From positions 1 to 23,767 of the forward strand of contig MCFH01000150.1 of the NCBI GenBank assembly GCA_002104945.1: a DNA stretch of 23,767 nucleotides, written 5' to 3'. The notes below the pieces were generated by a model. That model was given only the letters and a program-made list of their open reading frames with translations. It was not told where the DNA came from and ran no database searches. Positions 21,301 through 23,767 of this stretch are shown piece by piece (the first letter of the stretch is position 1; each line of letters begins with the position of its first letter). The translations under genes and the position numbers were made by a program. Origin of the DNA: Piromyces finnis finn. Its lineage: Eukaryota > Fungi > Neocallimastigomycota.

Positions 21301-23767
21301 AGCTTTCAAATACAGTTATAATACAGAAATCCAAAGTGATAGATATTCAAAATTTATTTTCCCGTTTAAAGTCTTCAGTAGACTTAGAACTAAGTTTGTC
21401 AACAACTTAGCCACTTTTCCTGTATTAAATTTAAAATATTGTTTTACAAATAATCCACTAGCTATATAATATATCCGTCTTTACTATTATTATTTTTATT
21501 TTACTATATATTTTATTTCATTATCTTATTTATATCATTATATCAATACTTCAAATTATTAATATCTATTGTTATAATAAGTTCTTTCAAAATGAACAAT
21601 ACCAATTGTACTGTACCTACCTTACGACGTGGTCTTCGTTTCTTCGGATCTAACTCCAATAAATCATATCTAATTTTTATCCATGATCTTAGTTCATGGT
21701 CAAAACAACGACTAATGGAATTTCTTTTAAAGGACATTCAACCTTTCAATGATATTCTTCAATCCCTCACCAAAAAATATTCACAATCACTCGGTACCTA
21801 TTTCATTTTAATAGTCAATGGAAAATGCCCGCTTAAAGCCATGTTACTTATACACTCACTTTCTAAAAAACTCCCAATCTCTAGTAAAATATCTTGGAAA
21901 TTCATTGATAAGCTCAAAAACAATAGATCATACAAAAACAAACGATCTATCAAATCCACTACTGGTCCACTCTCTGACGATTTCTATTTTAGTCACTTAA
22001 GTTCTAATGCTTCCTTTTTCAACTTATGTACTTGTTGGAACATCAATGGTTGGAACCCTAAGAAAAAGCACGGTATTTTATACTTCATCTCTGTTTTCAA
22101 ACCTGTATGTGTTTTCTTTCAAGAAGTAGGTAACAGCCAATTCCTCTGTGGTAATGCAATTTCCTCCCCATGCCTACCAAACTATAAACCAGTACACAGA
22201 CGTGCTAATCCTAAAGTTCCAGGTATGAGAGGACTTTACATTGGTGTTCATAACTCTTGTTCCTTTACTCCTGAACCTCTTCTTTATAAGTACATCATTT
22301 CAGTTACAATACTGTCATTTTGGAACCAGAGATGTACCATCGGTAATATTTACTTCCCGCAAACTAGATGGCCGGATGCTAGATTAATTGCCTTTGATGA
22401 ACTTGATAAGTGGTTAACAACACATAACAAATTCAACCACCCAGCTATCCTTATAGGAGACTTTAATATGTCAGCTATTAAAATCAAATCTTATATATCA
22501 CAACACTTCCCGGATTGGACTATGGCAGAATTAACTGGTAATAATTTCACTTGGGAAAAAGGTTCTAAATCTTCATGCATTGATCATATTATATACAACA
22601 AAGCTATGACAGAACACATAAACAAATCTTCAGTTTGCGAAGTTTTTCACGATGTTTCTGATCACAAACCGATCCTTGTGTCTTGTAAAAAAGACTCTTT
22701 TGATTGTTTCAAAAAGCCTAAGAAGACCTTTAAATGGTCAAGTCATATCTGTAACACAAAGTGTTCTGACATTCTTACTAGTAATCGCTTTGCTGTTCTA
22801 GCTTCCGAGCTTGAAGCTAATTGCGATAGCCTTTCGGCTGACGATATGATTTCAAAATTTTTAGATACCTCCAAAACTATAGGTAAAGATATAAAAGCCA
22901 TTATGCCTGCAGATTTAAAAGGTCCAGCATTCCATTTCCCTCAATACATCAAAAACCTATCACATGAAAAACACCTGGCTTACAAAAATATTAAGTCCCT
23001 TTCAGATTGCGCTGACATGGAAAATTATCTTAACCAGTTCTCCATATACCAAAATCTATGTAATACCATCAAAAATATAAAAGATTAAGAATAAATTCAG
23101 ATCTAATATCTATAAAGCTAACATTGTCTCTATTGGCAAATATTTTATTGATAAAAGCTTTAGACAAGGTTGGAAACGGCTTAAAAAACTTTCCAAGTCA
23201 AGTTATTCGTCCTTTCATGTTTCAACTATTAAGGACAAGAATGGCAAGGATTTATTTACTCCTCAAGAACAATTAAAACGTTGGGCTGAACATTATGAAA
23301 ATCTTGCATCTGATGTTACAAATAATAGCTTAAATCGGGGTTACTGGGAAAGAGCCTTCCAATTCAATCATATCAATCAAATAGCATGGGATATAAATGG
23401 TCCCATTTCTATTGAGGAAATTAGGAATGTTGTTCTGTCAATGAAGAATAATAAGGCTCCAGGTCCCGATGGTATCCCTATTGAATTCTTCAAAGCTTTC
23501 TTTTGTAACGAAGAACTGGAAAAAGAACATAAGTCTGCTGGAAATTGTCTTAACTTAATTTTTAATAAAATCTGGAATGGTTCCTTTCCTTTGAAATGGA
23601 ACTCTGCTTCCATTGTTTCTATTCCAAAGAAAGGCGATCTCTCAGATTGTAATAATTATCGTGGTATTTCTCTCATCAATGTAGGTCTTAAATCATTTCA
23701 AAAATTGTAACTGATAGAATTTCAAAGTATGCTCTTTCTCATAACTTTATAAGACTGAAAGACCTGA
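21301..23767 (+). mobile_element. LINE family B, near-intact copy truncated by the window edge: N-terminal domain, APE endonuclease, start of RT
   Basis: ORF 21592-23088 has WNING, FFQE, IGNIYFP, LIGDFN, IDHI and SDHKP (APE). After a frameshift at ~23086 the frame is open through KAPGPDGIP and NYRGISLINVGLK. A second 1-base slip occurs near 23690. Confidence 0.95.

Overview
Extremely AT-rich eukaryotic DNA with short GT-AG introns. It is most consistent with an anaerobic gut fungus (Neocallimastigomycota), which is an inference from composition and gene content only. The window is a transposon graveyard. (1) Positions 1-10590 form a giant inverted repeat with ~5.06-kb arms and a ~470-bp spacer. 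The arms differ almost only by 1-bp indels, so a long-read fold-back or assembly artefact is at least as likely as a real palindrome. (2) Each arm carries a Ty3/gypsy protease-RT fragment fused in frame to the 3' two-thirds of an APE-type LINE (called family B here). (3) At 10870-13600 (minus strand) lies the reciprocal chimera: LINE-B 5' part fused to gypsy integrase, chromodomain, PPT and LTR. A single ~6.2-kb inversion with breakpoints inside a gypsy and a LINE explains both junctions. (4) An intron-containing, 5'-truncated eIF2-alpha (SUI2) pseudogene and an intronless bacterial-type GT2 glycosyltransferase lie at 14.8-16.9 kb. (5) A second LINE family (A, 17387-21299) lacks its whole APE endonuclease domain and ends in A24. 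It is followed directly by a near-intact LINE-B that runs off the right edge. A 21-bp insertion with a 12-bp target-site duplication inside LINE-B matches the 3' tip of LINE-A. No rRNA, tRNA or CRISPR is supported. All alignments were made by eye, so boundaries are good to a few bases and no database search was run. I see no demonstrably new biological system. The best leads are the reciprocal gypsy/LINE junctions and the endonuclease-less LINE-A.
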